Source: Armatimonadota bacterium (GTDB lineage Bacteria > Armatimonadota > JAAZEB01). From it: a stretch of 42,402 bases of DNA. Every line of letters starts with the position of its first letter. Position 1 is the stretch's first letter. This document shows positions 13,660-24,324 of this stretch, piece by piece. The stretch spans positions 1 through 42,402 of the forward strand of contig JACQGM010000364.1 of the NCBI GenBank assembly GCA_016199585.1, read 5' to 3'. The notes under the pieces are model-generated. The model was not told the DNA's origin. It saw nothing but the letters and a program-made list of their open reading frames with translations, and did no database searches. The position numbers were made by a program, and so were the translations under genes.

Positions 13660-15762
13660 GTGGGGGCCACGAAGGGCCAAGAGAGAGAGCCGGCGGATCC
13701 CGGAGACGCCGGGGACCAACGGATCGCTTCGCCGCCGGCGCTGTCGCCGCACAGCCCCGGGACGGGCGACGGCCGCGGGGCGCGCTCGCTCCGCTGGTCT
13801 CTTCTCCTGGCTGGCCTGGCCGTGGCTCTCGGCATCGCTGCGCTGAGGGCGCGTTGGCCGCGGGACCGGGCCACCGGCGCCGATGCGTGCGGCCCTTCCG
13901 CTGAACCGTGCCCCGGGCTGTCTGCGCCCGCGCAACCTGCCCGCTGCAGCGAGGTCCACGCGACACCCGTCGCCTGGCTGCCCGCGCCGTCGCCCGAGGA
14001 GACCGAAGAGCACGGCACGTTCGGGGCGTCCGCCCGCCGTCCTGCACCCGGCGCGGAGCTGGAAGGCATCTGGGCCGGCATCCAGTCTGCCGTCGGGCTG
14101 GAAGACATCCGGGCCGCAGCTCGTTCGGTGTGGCGGACGGCGATCCTGGCCGGCCTCGCCGCCGGAACGGTGTTGTTCATCCAGGCGTGCCGCGCCACGC
14201 CTCTCGACGAGGGGCGACTGGCGGGGCTGGTCGTCTCGGTGGGGCTGGGCCTGGGGGTGGCCGGTGGCGTCGTGGGGGTGAACGCACTCTGGATGTGTGC
14301 CCGGCGTACCGGCGCCGTCGAATGCGGCGACGCCGGTACGCTGAGGCGGGTGTTCCCGGATGCGCCGCCCGCGGTGTACCGGCGCGCCCGTACCAGCGGC
14401 CTCGTTGCGGCGTTGGTCGTTGGCGCGGCGCTCTCCCTGTTCCGGGGATGGAGCTACCTCACATGGGGCCTGGTGGCCGGCGGGGTTGCCTACCTTCTGC
14501 CGCTGACGGCGGCCTGGACGGGCCAGGGCTTCGACCGTCGCTGCCGCGAGTTCGCGCGCACGGTGGATGGCGTGTTCGAGGCGAGCCGGCCCGGCCTGGT
14601 GCGCGTCGTTCTCCCGCGGGTGCTCTTCCGCCATCGCGATTGCCCGGCCTGCCTCGACTTCGGACCCGGCCGCGCCATGGCCAGCTTCGGCTTCGGCGTC
14701 GGCGAGTGCGCCGATGTGCAGTTCGGGGGAGGCGCGCAGTCCACCCGCCTCACCTTCGAGCTGCCGGGCGGGTCGTCCGCACGTTGCCATATCGCCGCAT
14801 TTTCCCGGCCGGGTCCGACGGAACGCCTCCCCGGGCTGGAGGAGGTGAGGGTCGGCCGGCCCTGGTTCGATGACCTCGTGGCCGTGAGCACCAGCGATCC
14901 TGCCTGGGCAGCGCGTCTCCTGACGCCGGATTGCCAGCAGGCGCTCCTCTCTCTGCGGGAGTGGGGGAAGGAGCACCTGGTGGTGACGCTGGAGGCGGAC
15001 CTCCTTCGCGTCGTGGCCGGAGGGCAGGCCGGCAGCCCGGAGGGACTGGGCGAGTTCTACCGTCACGCCGGGGTGGTGTGTGATGCCGTTCTCGACAGTC
15101 TGCCTGCGCTCCCGGCGGCGGGCGCGCCGGCAGGCGGCGAGGAGTCTGCAGACCGTTTGGCCGCCGTCACCACGGGCGAGACCCCCGCCGATCCCCCCTG
15201 GACACGGATCGCCGCCGGTTCGCGGGGGATCCTGAGGCGTTTCCGGGTACCCTGGTATCCCGTGTGGTTCCTGACGGCGCTGACGCTTGGAGTGGGCAGC
15301 CGGTCCTTCTACTGCGAGCGCTGTGGGCTGATCCGCGCCGAGGGGGGCTTGATGGCCCTATCCCTGCGCATCACCTGGCGCACGCGCTACAAGGAGACGG
15401 AGTTCCGCCGGCTCTACGCCCGCTGCATGCCCCCCTGCTCCCACCGGTGGCGCGATGGCGGCGACGCCTGGCGTTCTCTGGCAGAGGGCGTCTACAGCCG
15501 CGAGCGCAAGGAGCCGCTGCCGCCGCTGATGTCGCAGGATGGCTACCTGAACCGCCACATCCTTGATCGGTTGCGGCGCCTCGACCGGCACACGCTGGCT
15601 GCGGTGTTCCGGCAGGTGCCACAGCCGGACGCCACGCGCCAGACGGGCCCGTTCCTGAGGGCACTGGATGCCCTGGCGCCGGAGAAAGCCCGCCGATCGT
15701 CTCAGCGCGCGCCGCAGGGCCGGCGGGACGGCAGCCACGCGCGGATGGAGGCACTCCCGTGA
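13660..15762 (+). CDS. Hypothetical polytopic membrane protein (700 aa) with a DUF3137-like soluble region and a C-terminal Cys-rich segment
   Basis: GTG start with GGGAGG 9 nt upstream and good GC3 bias in this frame. There are ~5-6 predicted TM helices. The segment RPWFDDLVAVSTSDPAWAARLLTPDCQQALLSL resembles the DUF3137 signature. The C-terminal part has FYCERCG ... CMPPCSHRW. Confidence 0.7.
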   Translation: MGATKGQEREPADPGDAGDQRIASPPALSPHSPGTGDGRGARSLRWSLLLAGLAVALGIAALRARWPRDRATGADACGPSAEPCPGLSAPAQPARCSEVHATPVAWLPAPSPEETEEHGTFGASARRPAPGAELEGIWAGIQSAVGLEDIRAAARSVWRTAILAGLAAGTVLFIQACRATPLDEGRLAGLVVSVGLGLGVAGGVVGVNALWMCARRTGAVECGDAGTLRRVFPDAPPAVYRRARTSGLVAALVVGAALSLFRGWSYLTWGLVAGGVAYLLPLTAAWTGQGFDRRCREFARTVDGVFEASRPGLVRVVLPRVLFRHRDCPACLDFGPGRAMASFGFGVGECADVQFGGGAQSTRLTFELPGGSSARCHIAAFSRPGPTERLPGLEEVRVGRPWFDDLVAVSTSDPAWAARLLTPDCQQALLSLREWGKEHLVVTLEADLLRVVAGGQAGSPEGLGEFYRHAGVVCDAVLDSLPALPAAGAPAGGEESADRLAAVTTGETPADPPWTRIAAGSRGILRRFRVPWYPVWFLTALTLGVGSRSFYCERCGLIRAEGGLMALSLRITWRTRYKETEFRRLYARCMPPCSHRWRDGGDAWRSLAEGVYSRERKEPLPPLMSQDGYLNRHILDRLRRLDRHTLAAVFRQVPQPDATRQTGPFLRALDALAPEKARRSSQRAPQGRRDGSHARMEALP

Positions 15763-17081
15763 CTGGGTCTCTTCCAGATGAGCCGAACCTGCCGGTGGAA
15801 GCCCCCGACAGAGGGGGGTGCCCGCCCGGGGCCGCCTCGGCCGGTCCCGAGGACCCCGTGGCCCTCGTCGCGGGGTGGTCGCCACTGCGCACCGGCGCGA
15901 TGAGCATCCGCACGCACCGCCTGGTGCGCGTCACGCCCGGCCGGATGGAGTTCCGCTCCGAATGGGCCGCGAGAGGCTTTGCTGCCGCGTTCGTCGTCGG
16001 CTTCGGGGCCGGGGCCATCGCGCCCTGGCTCATCGCGGCCAGCTCGGAAGAGCCGGCGTGGAGCGTGGCGGTCTTCCGCATCGCGTGTTCGGCCGTCTGC
16101 GGCGCCATCGCCCTCGGCTTTGCCGCCCTGTGCTATGGGCTGATGCGCCCGATCGTCTTCGACACACACGCGGGCGTCTTCAGGAAGGGGTGGCGCCCTC
16201 CTCGCCGCGGGAACCTGGCGCGCCCGCCCTCGGCGGCGCCGCTGGCACAGGTACACGCGCTCCAGCTCCTGGCCTCTCGGGGAGATGAGTTCACGAGCTA
16301 TGAGCTGAACCTGGTGCTGAAGGACGGTCGTCGCATCGGCCTCGTGAACCACGGCGACGGGGACCGGCTGCAAGCCGATGCCCGGGCGCTCGCACGGTTT
16401 CTGGGCGTCCGCGTCTGGGACGGGACACGCGGCCCCGTAGACTGGGGAGAGGAGCCGGCGGCTGCCGGTGAGCCGGCGGACGTCTGCGGCATCCCGGATG
16501 CCGCTGGCGGCATCGCGGCCCTACGGAGGGGGCCGAAGCGAACACTTCTCTGCGGCGCGGCACTCCTCGCCGCGGCGTCCGGCACTGTGCTGACAGGCCG
16601 CTGGGCACTGCGGCCCCGGGTGGACCCCGGGTTCTACTCGGCCGGCTCTCCGTACCCCTACGTAGACATCCGCCTGCGCCGGGGCGAGATCGAGATCCTC
16701 GGCAGGATCCGGGGGGCGGACGCCACCGGCAGGCGCCTGGCCATCGAGGCGGAGCGGTTCAACCGATATAACTTGTGGGGACGCGTCCGCCTCCGCCCGT
16801 TCCCGTCTCCTCGCCGCATGGTGCTCCGCGTGGGCCCGGAGACCGCGCTGCACGTTCGCGGGCGGGAGGCGCTCACCTTCGAGGACTTCCAGCCCGGGCG
16901 CTACGTCTTCGCCATTGCGAGGAACCGGGGGCCGGGAGAGGAGCTGCCCGCCCGCGAGGTGGCGCTCTGGTCGAGCCCGCCGCGGCAGTCAAGGAGGCAT
17001 CCAGAGGCAGGTTCTGACGGCACTGGCGGGAAGCGGGCGGGCGTGCCCCGGGGCGGCGAAGGAGGAACGGTGTTGCCATGA
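15759..17081 (+). CDS. Hypothetical membrane protein (440 aa; two TM helices near the N-terminus plus two soluble domains)
   Basis: The GTG overlaps the upstream stop (GTGA, 15759-15762). TM helices are FAAAFVVGFGAGAIAPWLIAA and ACSAVCGAIALGFAALCYGL. No family recognised. Confidence 0.7.
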   Translation: MTGSLPDEPNLPVEAPDRGGCPPGAASAGPEDPVALVAGWSPLRTGAMSIRTHRLVRVTPGRMEFRSEWAARGFAAAFVVGFGAGAIAPWLIAASSEEPAWSVAVFRIACSAVCGAIALGFAALCYGLMRPIVFDTHAGVFRKGWRPPRRGNLARPPSAAPLAQVHALQLLASRGDEFTSYELNLVLKDGRRIGLVNHGDGDRLQADARALARFLGVRVWDGTRGPVDWGEEPAAAGEPADVCGIPDAAGGIAALRRGPKRTLLCGAALLAAASGTVLTGRWALRPRVDPGFYSAGSPYPYVDIRLRRGEIEILGRIRGADATGRRLAIEAERFNRYNLWGRVRLRPFPSPRRMVLRVGPETALHVRGREALTFEDFQPGRYVFAIARNRGPGEELPAREVALWSSPPRQSRRHPEAGSDGTGGKRAGVPRGGEGGTVLP

Positions 17082-17584
17082 AACGCGTGCTCGTTCCGGC
17101 CGTCGTGCTGGTCGTAGTCGTCCTGATAGCGGCCATCAGCGATCCCGGTTCGTCGGCGCTCGGGAGTCCCGGCGGACTGCTCTTCGCCGCCGTCCTGGTG
17201 CTGACGTACGTGGTCGTAGTGAAGATGTCCGCCTCAGATCGAACGCCCTCCGGCGCGCACGACCGCGGCGCCGGGGAGACGGCGCCGGCCACGTCGTGTC
17301 CCACCTGCGGCGCGGCGATGGTGGACGGCGAGTTCTACTGCACCAGCGACGGCACGGCAGAGTGCGCGTGGGTGCGCCCGCCGGGAGCCAGACGCCCCGG
17401 CCTGTGGGAAGTGCCATTCTGGGACTGGGTGGCCGCGGGCGAGCGGGGCGGGGCGCGAGTGATTGAGCAGGTCGCGAAGGTGTGTCTGCGGTGCGGGGTC
17501 CTGCTGCTTCGCATCGATCCCTCGGCGTTCGGGCCGCCGGACTCCGCGACGGAAGGGCCTGACCGTACGCCACCGGCCGCATGA
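17078..17584 (+). CDS. Small membrane-anchored zinc-ribbon protein (DUF6487-like)
   Basis: The ATG overlaps the upstream stop (ATGA, 17078-17081), with GGAGGAA 10 nt upstream. Two N-terminal hydrophobic helices are followed by CPTCG ... CLRCG, two CxxC pairs about 66 residues apart. Confidence 0.7.
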   Translation: MKRVLVPAVVLVVVVLIAAISDPGSSALGSPGGLLFAAVLVLTYVVVVKMSASDRTPSGAHDRGAGETAPATSCPTCGAAMVDGEFYCTSDGTAECAWVRPPGARRPGLWEVPFWDWVAAGERGGARVIEQVAKVCLRCGVLLLRIDPSAFGPPDSATEGPDRTPPAA

Positions 17585-17754
17585 GCGGCTGCCGGGCCTG
17601 GCCGGTCCCCACCCACGGCGACCTGACCGGGGGGCGATGGCACAAGGAAGAACGCGGCGGACCCGGAACCTTCCTCCTGGCGCGGCTCCCGTGGGGCCGA
17701 CGCCGGGAGCTCGGGGGTTCCCCCGGGATCCGAGCGTGAAGGGAATCCGAAGCA

Positions 17755-19554
17755 ATGAAGCAGTTGGAATGGCTCGGGAGAGCCTCCCTGGTCGCCCTGG
17801 GGTCGGTCGCGTGGACGGCCGCGGCCGCACCTGGGCCCGGCGCGGCGGATGGGGCCGCCCCCTCCAGCAGCGCACAGGTGTCGGATGCTCGTCTCGCGGA
17901 GCGAATCTACCACCCCGTCGCCTCCTGGCGCCTTTCGGGCGCGGAGGGCGACGCGGGGCTGGCCAAAGCCATCGCCGAGCTGCGCCGGCTGAAGGCCCTC
18001 GGCTTCACCGGGGTGGTTCTCCGAAACGAGCCGCAGTTGGCCTTGCCGGGCATCCTGGGCGACGCCGCCTACCGGGCGCGCCTGCGCCAGCTCGGTGAGA
18101 AGGCCGCGCGACTGGGAATCGACGTGATTCCGCACGTGATGAACTTCGGCAACGGCCAGTCGCTCCTCGCCCACGACCCCAATCTCGCGGAGGGCTTCCC
18201 GGTCAAGGACGCGCTCTTCGTGGTGAAGGGCCGGGAAGCGACTCTAGTGCCGGATCTACCGCTGGCGCTCGCCGATCCGGGCTTCGAAGCGCCCGAGGGA
18301 AACCGCTTCCCCGGCTGGATGGCGAACGCCGGCATGGAGGGGAAGGCCGTTCTGTCCGACACGGACGTGCGCCACGGCGGCGCGTCCTCGGTGCGCTTCG
18401 AGGTGGCGGCCGCCCCGGGGCCGCAGAACAACGTGCAGTTGTCGCAGCCGCTCCCGCTGACGCCCTTCCGGCTCTACCGGCTGTCGATCTGGATCAAGAG
18501 TGAGGGCCTGGATCCGAAAGCGGAGGTGACGGTCGAGCTTCAGAACGGCGAGCGGCGCCTCCACTTCGGCGGGCTGAGAGCCGAGAACATCCAGGGGGTG
18601 GCACCGACGCAGGACTGGACGCGCCATGTGCTGGTTTTCAACAGCCTGGCCGGCGGCACGGGAAGCCTGGGGCTGCGCGTCCGGCACAGCCCGCAAGGGA
18701 AGGTGTGGTTCGACGACCTGGCGGTTGAGGAAGTCGGGATGCTGAACATCCTGCGCCGTCCGGGGTGTCCGCTCACGGTGAAGGGGGAGGACGGCACGCT
18801 CTACGAGGAGGGGCGCGACTTCACGCCGGCGAAGGACCCCAGGCTGAACCGGCTGCACGCCTGGGGTGGATGGAGCCTCTCGCACGAGCCGCCCGCCCTG
18901 GAGCTGACCGCCGGGTCCCGGCTGCGAGAAGGACAGCGGCTGCGGGTGAGCTTCTACCACGCGGTGCCGGTCTACGGCCACCAGGTGGCCCTCTGCATGA
19001 GCTGTCCGGAAACCTACGAGCTCTTCGCCAGGGGCGTCAAGGAGCTGGAGGAGCTGCTGCGCCCTGTCGGGTACCACATCAACGTCGGTGAGTGTCGCTC
19101 CGCCAACTGGGATGCCGACTGCCAGCGGAAGGGGCTTCCCCTGGCGCAACTCCTCGCGTGGAGCGTGAAGGAGCGGATGCGACTCATCCGGGAGATCAAC
19201 CCCCGGGCGCGCATCTACGGATGGTCCGACATGCTGGACCCCTACCACAACGCGCGCGACAACTACTACCTCTGCAACGGCACCCTCGTGGGCGGGGCGG
19301 AGGCGGCGCCGAAGGACCTGATCATCCTCAACTGGAACATCTCCTCGGGTGGCGAGGGCGAGGAGAAGGCACGCAGCCCGCGCTTCTTCGCGAACCTCGG
19401 TTACCGCCAACTGCTCGTCAACTACGGGAAGCCCGTCCGCGAGTGGCTGGATGGCAACCCGGGCGTGCCGGGGATCAGCGGCGTCTACCAGTTCGCCTTC
19501 GAGGAGCCGGAGGTGTTCGCCGGTGCGGTGTGGGGGGCCGGCGCGAAGCCGTAG
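17755..19554 (+). CDS. Secreted protein with a CBM4_9-like carbohydrate-binding module embedded in a putative glycoside-hydrolase-like scaffold
   Basis: Signal peptide [27 protein letters not shown]. The central segment [16 protein letters not shown]...[11 protein letters not shown]...[11 protein letters not shown] has the classic CBM4_9 pattern (NGGFE..W ... Y.ls.W.k ... iDDv.l). The flanks are of unknown family. Confidence 0.7.
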   Translation: MKQLEWLGRASLVALGSVAWTAAAAPGPGAADGAAPSSSAQVSDARLAERIYHPVASWRLSGAEGDAGLAKAIAELRRLKALGFTGVVLRNEPQLALPGILGDAAYRARLRQLGEKAARLGIDVIPHVMNFGNGQSLLAHDPNLAEGFPVKDALFVVKGREATLVPDLPLALADPGFEAPEGNRFPGWMANAGMEGKAVLSDTDVRHGGASSVRFEVAAAPGPQNNVQLSQPLPLTPFRLYRLSIWIKSEGLDPKAEVTVELQNGERRLHFGGLRAENIQGVAPTQDWTRHVLVFNSLAGGTGSLGLRVRHSPQGKVWFDDLAVEEVGMLNILRRPGCPLTVKGEDGTLYEEGRDFTPAKDPRLNRLHAWGGWSLSHEPPALELTAGSRLREGQRLRVSFYHAVPVYGHQVALCMSCPETYELFARGVKELEELLRPVGYHINVGECRSANWDADCQRKGLPLAQLLAWSVKERMRLIREINPRARIYGWSDMLDPYHNARDNYYLCNGTLVGGAEAAPKDLIILNWNISSGGEGEEKARSPRFFANLGYRQLLVNYGKPVREWLDGNPGVPGISGVYQFAFEEPEVFAGAVWGAGAKP

Positions 19555-19571
19555 ATTGTCGGGAGGACCTG

Positions 19572-21017
<1,446 letters not shown>

Positions 21018-21019
21018 GC

Positions 21020-21041
21020 GGGCCGCGTGGTGGCGCGGCCC
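21020..21041 (+). terminator. GC-rich hairpin immediately after gltX (GGGCCGCG-tggtgg-CGCGGCCC)
   Basis: 8-bp perfect stem starting 3 nt after the TGA. No U-tract follows. Confidence 0.45.
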
Positions 21042-21087
21042 CGCCGCCCGGTCGCGTGTGAAACTTTCGGGGGGCGTCCGAGTCCAA

Positions 21088-21113
21088 GAACCATCAGCGA
21101 CCGTTCCCTCGTC
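21088..21113 (+). promoter_or_regulatory. Weak candidate ECF-type promoter (GAAC - 18 nt - CGTC) upstream of the anti-sigma gene
   Basis: AAGAACC at 21086-21092 and CGTC at 21110-21113, ~75 nt upstream of the ATG at 21189. This resembles the generic AAC/CGT ECF promoter architecture. It is a pattern match only. Confidence 0.2.
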
Positions 21114-21188
21114 GGGTCGAGGGATGGGAGAGACGCGACCAGCCAATGGGCGTGACCGCCTCCTCGCAAGCGGGTGGGGGATTGAGAG

Positions 21189-22187
21189 ATGAGTTGCCGA
21201 CGCATTCGGAGCAGGCTTTCGGAGTACATGGACGGGGAGTTGGCGGCGCTTGAGGGCGCTCGCGTGCGGGAGCACCTCGCGAGGTGCCCACGCTGCGCCG
21301 CCGAGGCGGAGGCGCTGCGTCGCGTCGCGGGCGTGGCCCGGCGCGTAGGGGCGTACGAGCCTCCCCCGAACCTGCGCGCGCGCCTGGATGCGGTCGTGTT
21401 GGCCGGCCTATCGCGGGAGCAGGTGCGTGTTCCCTGGTCCCAACGCTTCCAGGCCGTGCTCGCGCCGGCAGGCACTCTGGCCGCCGCCGCCGCGGCGCTC
21501 TTCCTCGCCGTGCGCCTCGCCGGCCCGGGATCCGTACCCCACCCCACCACTCCGGTGCCGGATGGCGCGTCGCGAAGCGTCGCGTCGGCGCCGCCGACCC
21601 GACCCGCCGATGCGCTCATGCCCGCCGCCGAAGGGATCCTGCCGCCCTCCGCAGGCGCTGATGTTGCCTCGCGACCGGCACCCACCCGTACCCTCGCGCA
21701 GGCCCCGGACACCTCTCCGGCAGCGCCGGGTGACCACTCCGCACCGCCGGTTGCTGACCTGCCGGACTCACCCGCGAAGGGAGCCGCGAGCGCGCAGCCT
21801 TCGCCCCTTCGCTCTCGGGAGCCACGGGCAGCGCCGTCCGGGAGGGTGCGCGTCGCGTCGGCGCGTCCCCGGCGGGGAGTCAGGGCCGCTCATCGCGCGC
21901 TGGAGCGCCGCCCCGAGCGCGCGGAGCCGGCGGAGCCGCTGGCGATGGCGGAGAGCCTGTACGCGAGCGGGCAGTACTCAGAGGCGGTGGGGGTGCTGAA
22001 CGCCGCGTTCGCCCAAGCGTGTGAGCGCTCGCCCGAGGAGATCCGCGAGCGGAACGCCCTGGCCGACGGCGCCATCCTGGAGTGCAGCCGCGCCCTCCGC
22101 CAGGACCCGGGCAACGCCAACGCGCGCAAGTTCCTGGGCGAGGCTTACTCCACGAAGCTCGCGCTCCTGCAGTCGCTCGCTGGCTAG
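21189..22187 (+). CDS. Anti-sigma factor (zf-HC2 N-terminal domain, one TM, Pro/Ala-rich linker, helical C-terminal domain)
   Basis: The N-terminus C..IRSRLSEYMDGEL....VREHLARCPRC carries the H-x3-C-x2-C signature. The TM is LAPAGTLAAAAAALFLAV. It lies in the same cluster as an ECF sigma factor. Confidence 0.85.
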   Translation: MSCRRIRSRLSEYMDGELAALEGARVREHLARCPRCAAEAEALRRVAGVARRVGAYEPPPNLRARLDAVVLAGLSREQVRVPWSQRFQAVLAPAGTLAAAAAALFLAVRLAGPGSVPHPTTPVPDGASRSVASAPPTRPADALMPAAEGILPPSAGADVASRPAPTRTLAQAPDTSPAAPGDHSAPPVADLPDSPAKGAASAQPSPLRSREPRAAPSGRVRVASARPRRGVRAAHRALERRPERAEPAEPLAMAESLYASGQYSEAVGVLNAAFAQACERSPEEIRERNALADGAILECSRALRQDPGNANARKFLGEAYSTKLALLQSLAG

Positions 22188-22212
22188 CGGTTAGCTCTTT
22201 CGGCGCTTCCTA

Positions 22213-22221
22213 TGGTATAAT
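22213..22221 (+). promoter_or_regulatory. Extended -10 promoter TGGTATAAT, placed so that the transcript would start at or next to the ATG (leaderless)
   Basis: TATAAT at 22216-22221 is preceded by TGg. Only 6 nt (AAACCG) separate it from the ATG at 22228, and there is no SD. Confidence 0.55.
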
Positions 22222-22227
22222 AAACCG

Positions 22228-23652
22228 ATGAGCGGATGGGGCGCGAGAGTTCTGGTGTTGGGGTGGACCTGCGCGCTCCTGCTCGCCGGGGCGAGCCGGG
22301 GGACCGCAGCCGAGGAGGTGGTCGGCCTCAGCGAGGTGACGAAGCACCGGGCGCCACTGGAGCCGGGCCAGCGCCTGGTGATCCGCCACTCCTACGGCGC
22401 CGTGCGCCTCAGCGGCGTGGACCAGCCGGAGGTGAACGTGTGCGCCCAGCGGCACGTGCGCGGCGTGAGCCTCCAGGCCGTGCGCTCGTACCTGAAGGCG
22501 CTGGCGACCAGCGTGCAGCCGATGGGCGACCGGGTGGAGATCGAGACGCGCCGGCCCGGAGGCGATCCGAGGTTCCTGACCCAGACCACGGTGGACCTGG
22601 ACATCACGCTGCCGCGCGGCACACCGGTGGAGCTGAACAGCAGCTTCGGCGACGTGGATGCCGAGGGGATCGGCGCGCTGCGCGCCACGGTTCCCTGGGG
22701 CGCCATCAGCGTGCGCAAGATCGCCGGCGACGTGAATCTGGAGGGAAAGGCCGGCAAGGTAACGGTGGCCGATGTGGCCGGCGACCTCACCGTCGCGCAC
22801 TCCATGCAGGACGTGGACGCGAGCCGGATCGGGGGGAGCGTGACGATCCGCAACCAGTTCGGGCAGATCCGCGTGCAGGGGGTCGGCGGGCGCGCGGTGC
22901 TCGCCAACCGCGGCGGCCCGATCGCGTTGATGAACGTCGGGGGCGGCGCTCAGATCACCTGCCAGACCGGCCAGGTTCAGGTGAGCCGGGTGCAGGGCGG
23001 CCTGACGGTGACGAACGCCGATGAGAGCGTCTCCATCTCGGAAGTGCAGGGCGTCACGGTCATCGAGGCGAGCAACGGCAACGTGATTGCCAGGCAGGTG
23101 TCCGGCGACCTGAAGATTGACAACCGTTACGGCGTGGTGGACATCGCCACGGTGACCGGGAACGTGACGGTCAAGCACGGCAACCAGCGGCTCCGGGTGA
23201 GGGGCGTGAAGGGATCAGCGGCGTTGAGCAACAGCCACGGCGCCATTGACGTGGATGGCGTCGCCGGGGACTGCAATATCCACAACCAGTTCGCCTCGGT
23301 GACCGTCCACCGCGTCTATGGCGCCCTGGAGGTGTTCAACGCCTGGGGACTGGTGCGGGCCGACCTGCCGGCGCCGCCCGCGCGGGGGGAGGCCGCGCCC
23401 TGGAAACTGAAGACGAACAACAGCAACATCGTGGTCGGCGTGCCGGAGAAGACCGGGTGCGCGCTGAGCGTAGAGGTGATCTCCGGCGCCATCGAGTCGC
23501 AGTTCCCGGTCGAAGTGCAGCGCGCCGGCAACGTGCAGTCGGCGCAGTGGGCCATCAACGGGGGTGGCCGCCCGGTGGACGTGGTGGTGGATCTCGGCAT
23601 GGCGCAGGTGCAGAAGCGTCCGGCCGCTGCGCCGCGTCCGGCCGGGAATTGA
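22228..23652 (+). CDS. DUF4097-family beta-strand repeat protein (LiaG/YvlB-like putative adhesin), secreted
   Basis: A signal peptide is followed by many ~20-aa repeats of the type G.V.V....G.v.....G.I.v (for example GDVNLEGKAGKVTVADVAGDLTV, GSVTIRNQFGQIRVQGVGG), characteristic of DUF4097. Confidence 0.85.
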   Translation: MSGWGARVLVLGWTCALLLAGASRGTAAEEVVGLSEVTKHRAPLEPGQRLVIRHSYGAVRLSGVDQPEVNVCAQRHVRGVSLQAVRSYLKALATSVQPMGDRVEIETRRPGGDPRFLTQTTVDLDITLPRGTPVELNSSFGDVDAEGIGALRATVPWGAISVRKIAGDVNLEGKAGKVTVADVAGDLTVAHSMQDVDASRIGGSVTIRNQFGQIRVQGVGGRAVLANRGGPIALMNVGGGAQITCQTGQVQVSRVQGGLTVTNADESVSISEVQGVTVIEASNGNVIARQVSGDLKIDNRYGVVDIATVTGNVTVKHGNQRLRVRGVKGSAALSNSHGAIDVDGVAGDCNIHNQFASVTVHRVYGALEVFNAWGLVRADLPAPPARGEAAPWKLKTNNSNIVVGVPEKTGCALSVEVISGAIESQFPVEVQRAGNVQSAQWAINGGGRPVDVVVDLGMAQVQKRPAAAPRPAGN

Positions 23653-23667
23653 GCAGGGAGACGCCCG

Positions 23668-24300
23668 ATGGACCTGGACGTCGCCGTGAATGAGGCCATG
23701 GTGGCAAGCACCGCCATCGAGCGGCGGTGCGCGCCCGACACGGCCATCCCGGACGAGGACCTCCGGCTCTCCTTCGGCGAGCTCACCGACAAGTACTACC
23801 GCCGCATCTACAACCTCATCTGCTACCAGGTGGGCGACCCGGACGAGGCGGCCGACCTGACCCAGGAGGTGTTCGTGAAGGCGTTCCGCGCCTTCCCCGC
23901 GTTCCGGGGCGAGGCGAGGGTCTCCACCTGGCTGTGGCGGATCGCCATCAACCTCTGCAAGAGCAGCTACCAAAAGCGCGCGCGCCAGGAACACCTCTTC
24001 CCCTTCTCCCTCGACGCCGAGGTCAGCACCAACGAGGGCGAGGTCAGCCGCGAGGCGCCGGACTGGTCGGTCTGCCCCGAGCATATCGCCGAGGTGAAGG
24101 AACTGCGGGTCCAGGTCCGGCGCGCCATCCGGTCGCTGCCGGATCTCTACCGCAACGCCATCGTCCTGTGCGACCTCGAGGGGTGCTCTTACCAGGAGAT
24201 CGCCGACATCACCCAGGCGAGCGTCCAGGCCGTGAAGTCGCGCATCCATCGCGGGCGGCAGATGCTGCGCCAGAAGCTCGAACGCTATGTGCGGGGGTAG
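23668..24300 (+). CDS. ECF (group IV) RNA polymerase sigma factor
   Basis: Region 2: YYRRIYNLICYQVGDPDEAADLTQEVFVKAFRAF...WLWRIAINLC. Region 4: LPDLYRNAIVLCDLEGCSYQEIADITQASVQAVKSRIHRGR. GGGAGA lies upstream of the ATG. Confidence 0.92.
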   Translation: MDLDVAVNEAMVASTAIERRCAPDTAIPDEDLRLSFGELTDKYYRRIYNLICYQVGDPDEAADLTQEVFVKAFRAFPAFRGEARVSTWLWRIAINLCKSSYQKRARQEHLFPFSLDAEVSTNEGEVSREAPDWSVCPEHIAEVKELRVQVRRAIRSLPDLYRNAIVLCDLEGCSYQEIADITQASVQAVKSRIHRGRQMLRQKLERYVRG

Positions 24301-24324
24301 AGGTTTGGGAAGGACCGTGCCCGG

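Noticed and set aside
13252-15066. 604-aa minus-strand ORF opposite the first hypothetical membrane gene
   Set aside because: Its composition is extremely Arg/Pro/Gly/Ala-rich with no hydrophobic core. The plus frame shows the GC3-rich codon pattern and TM helices. This is a typical high-GC antisense shadow.
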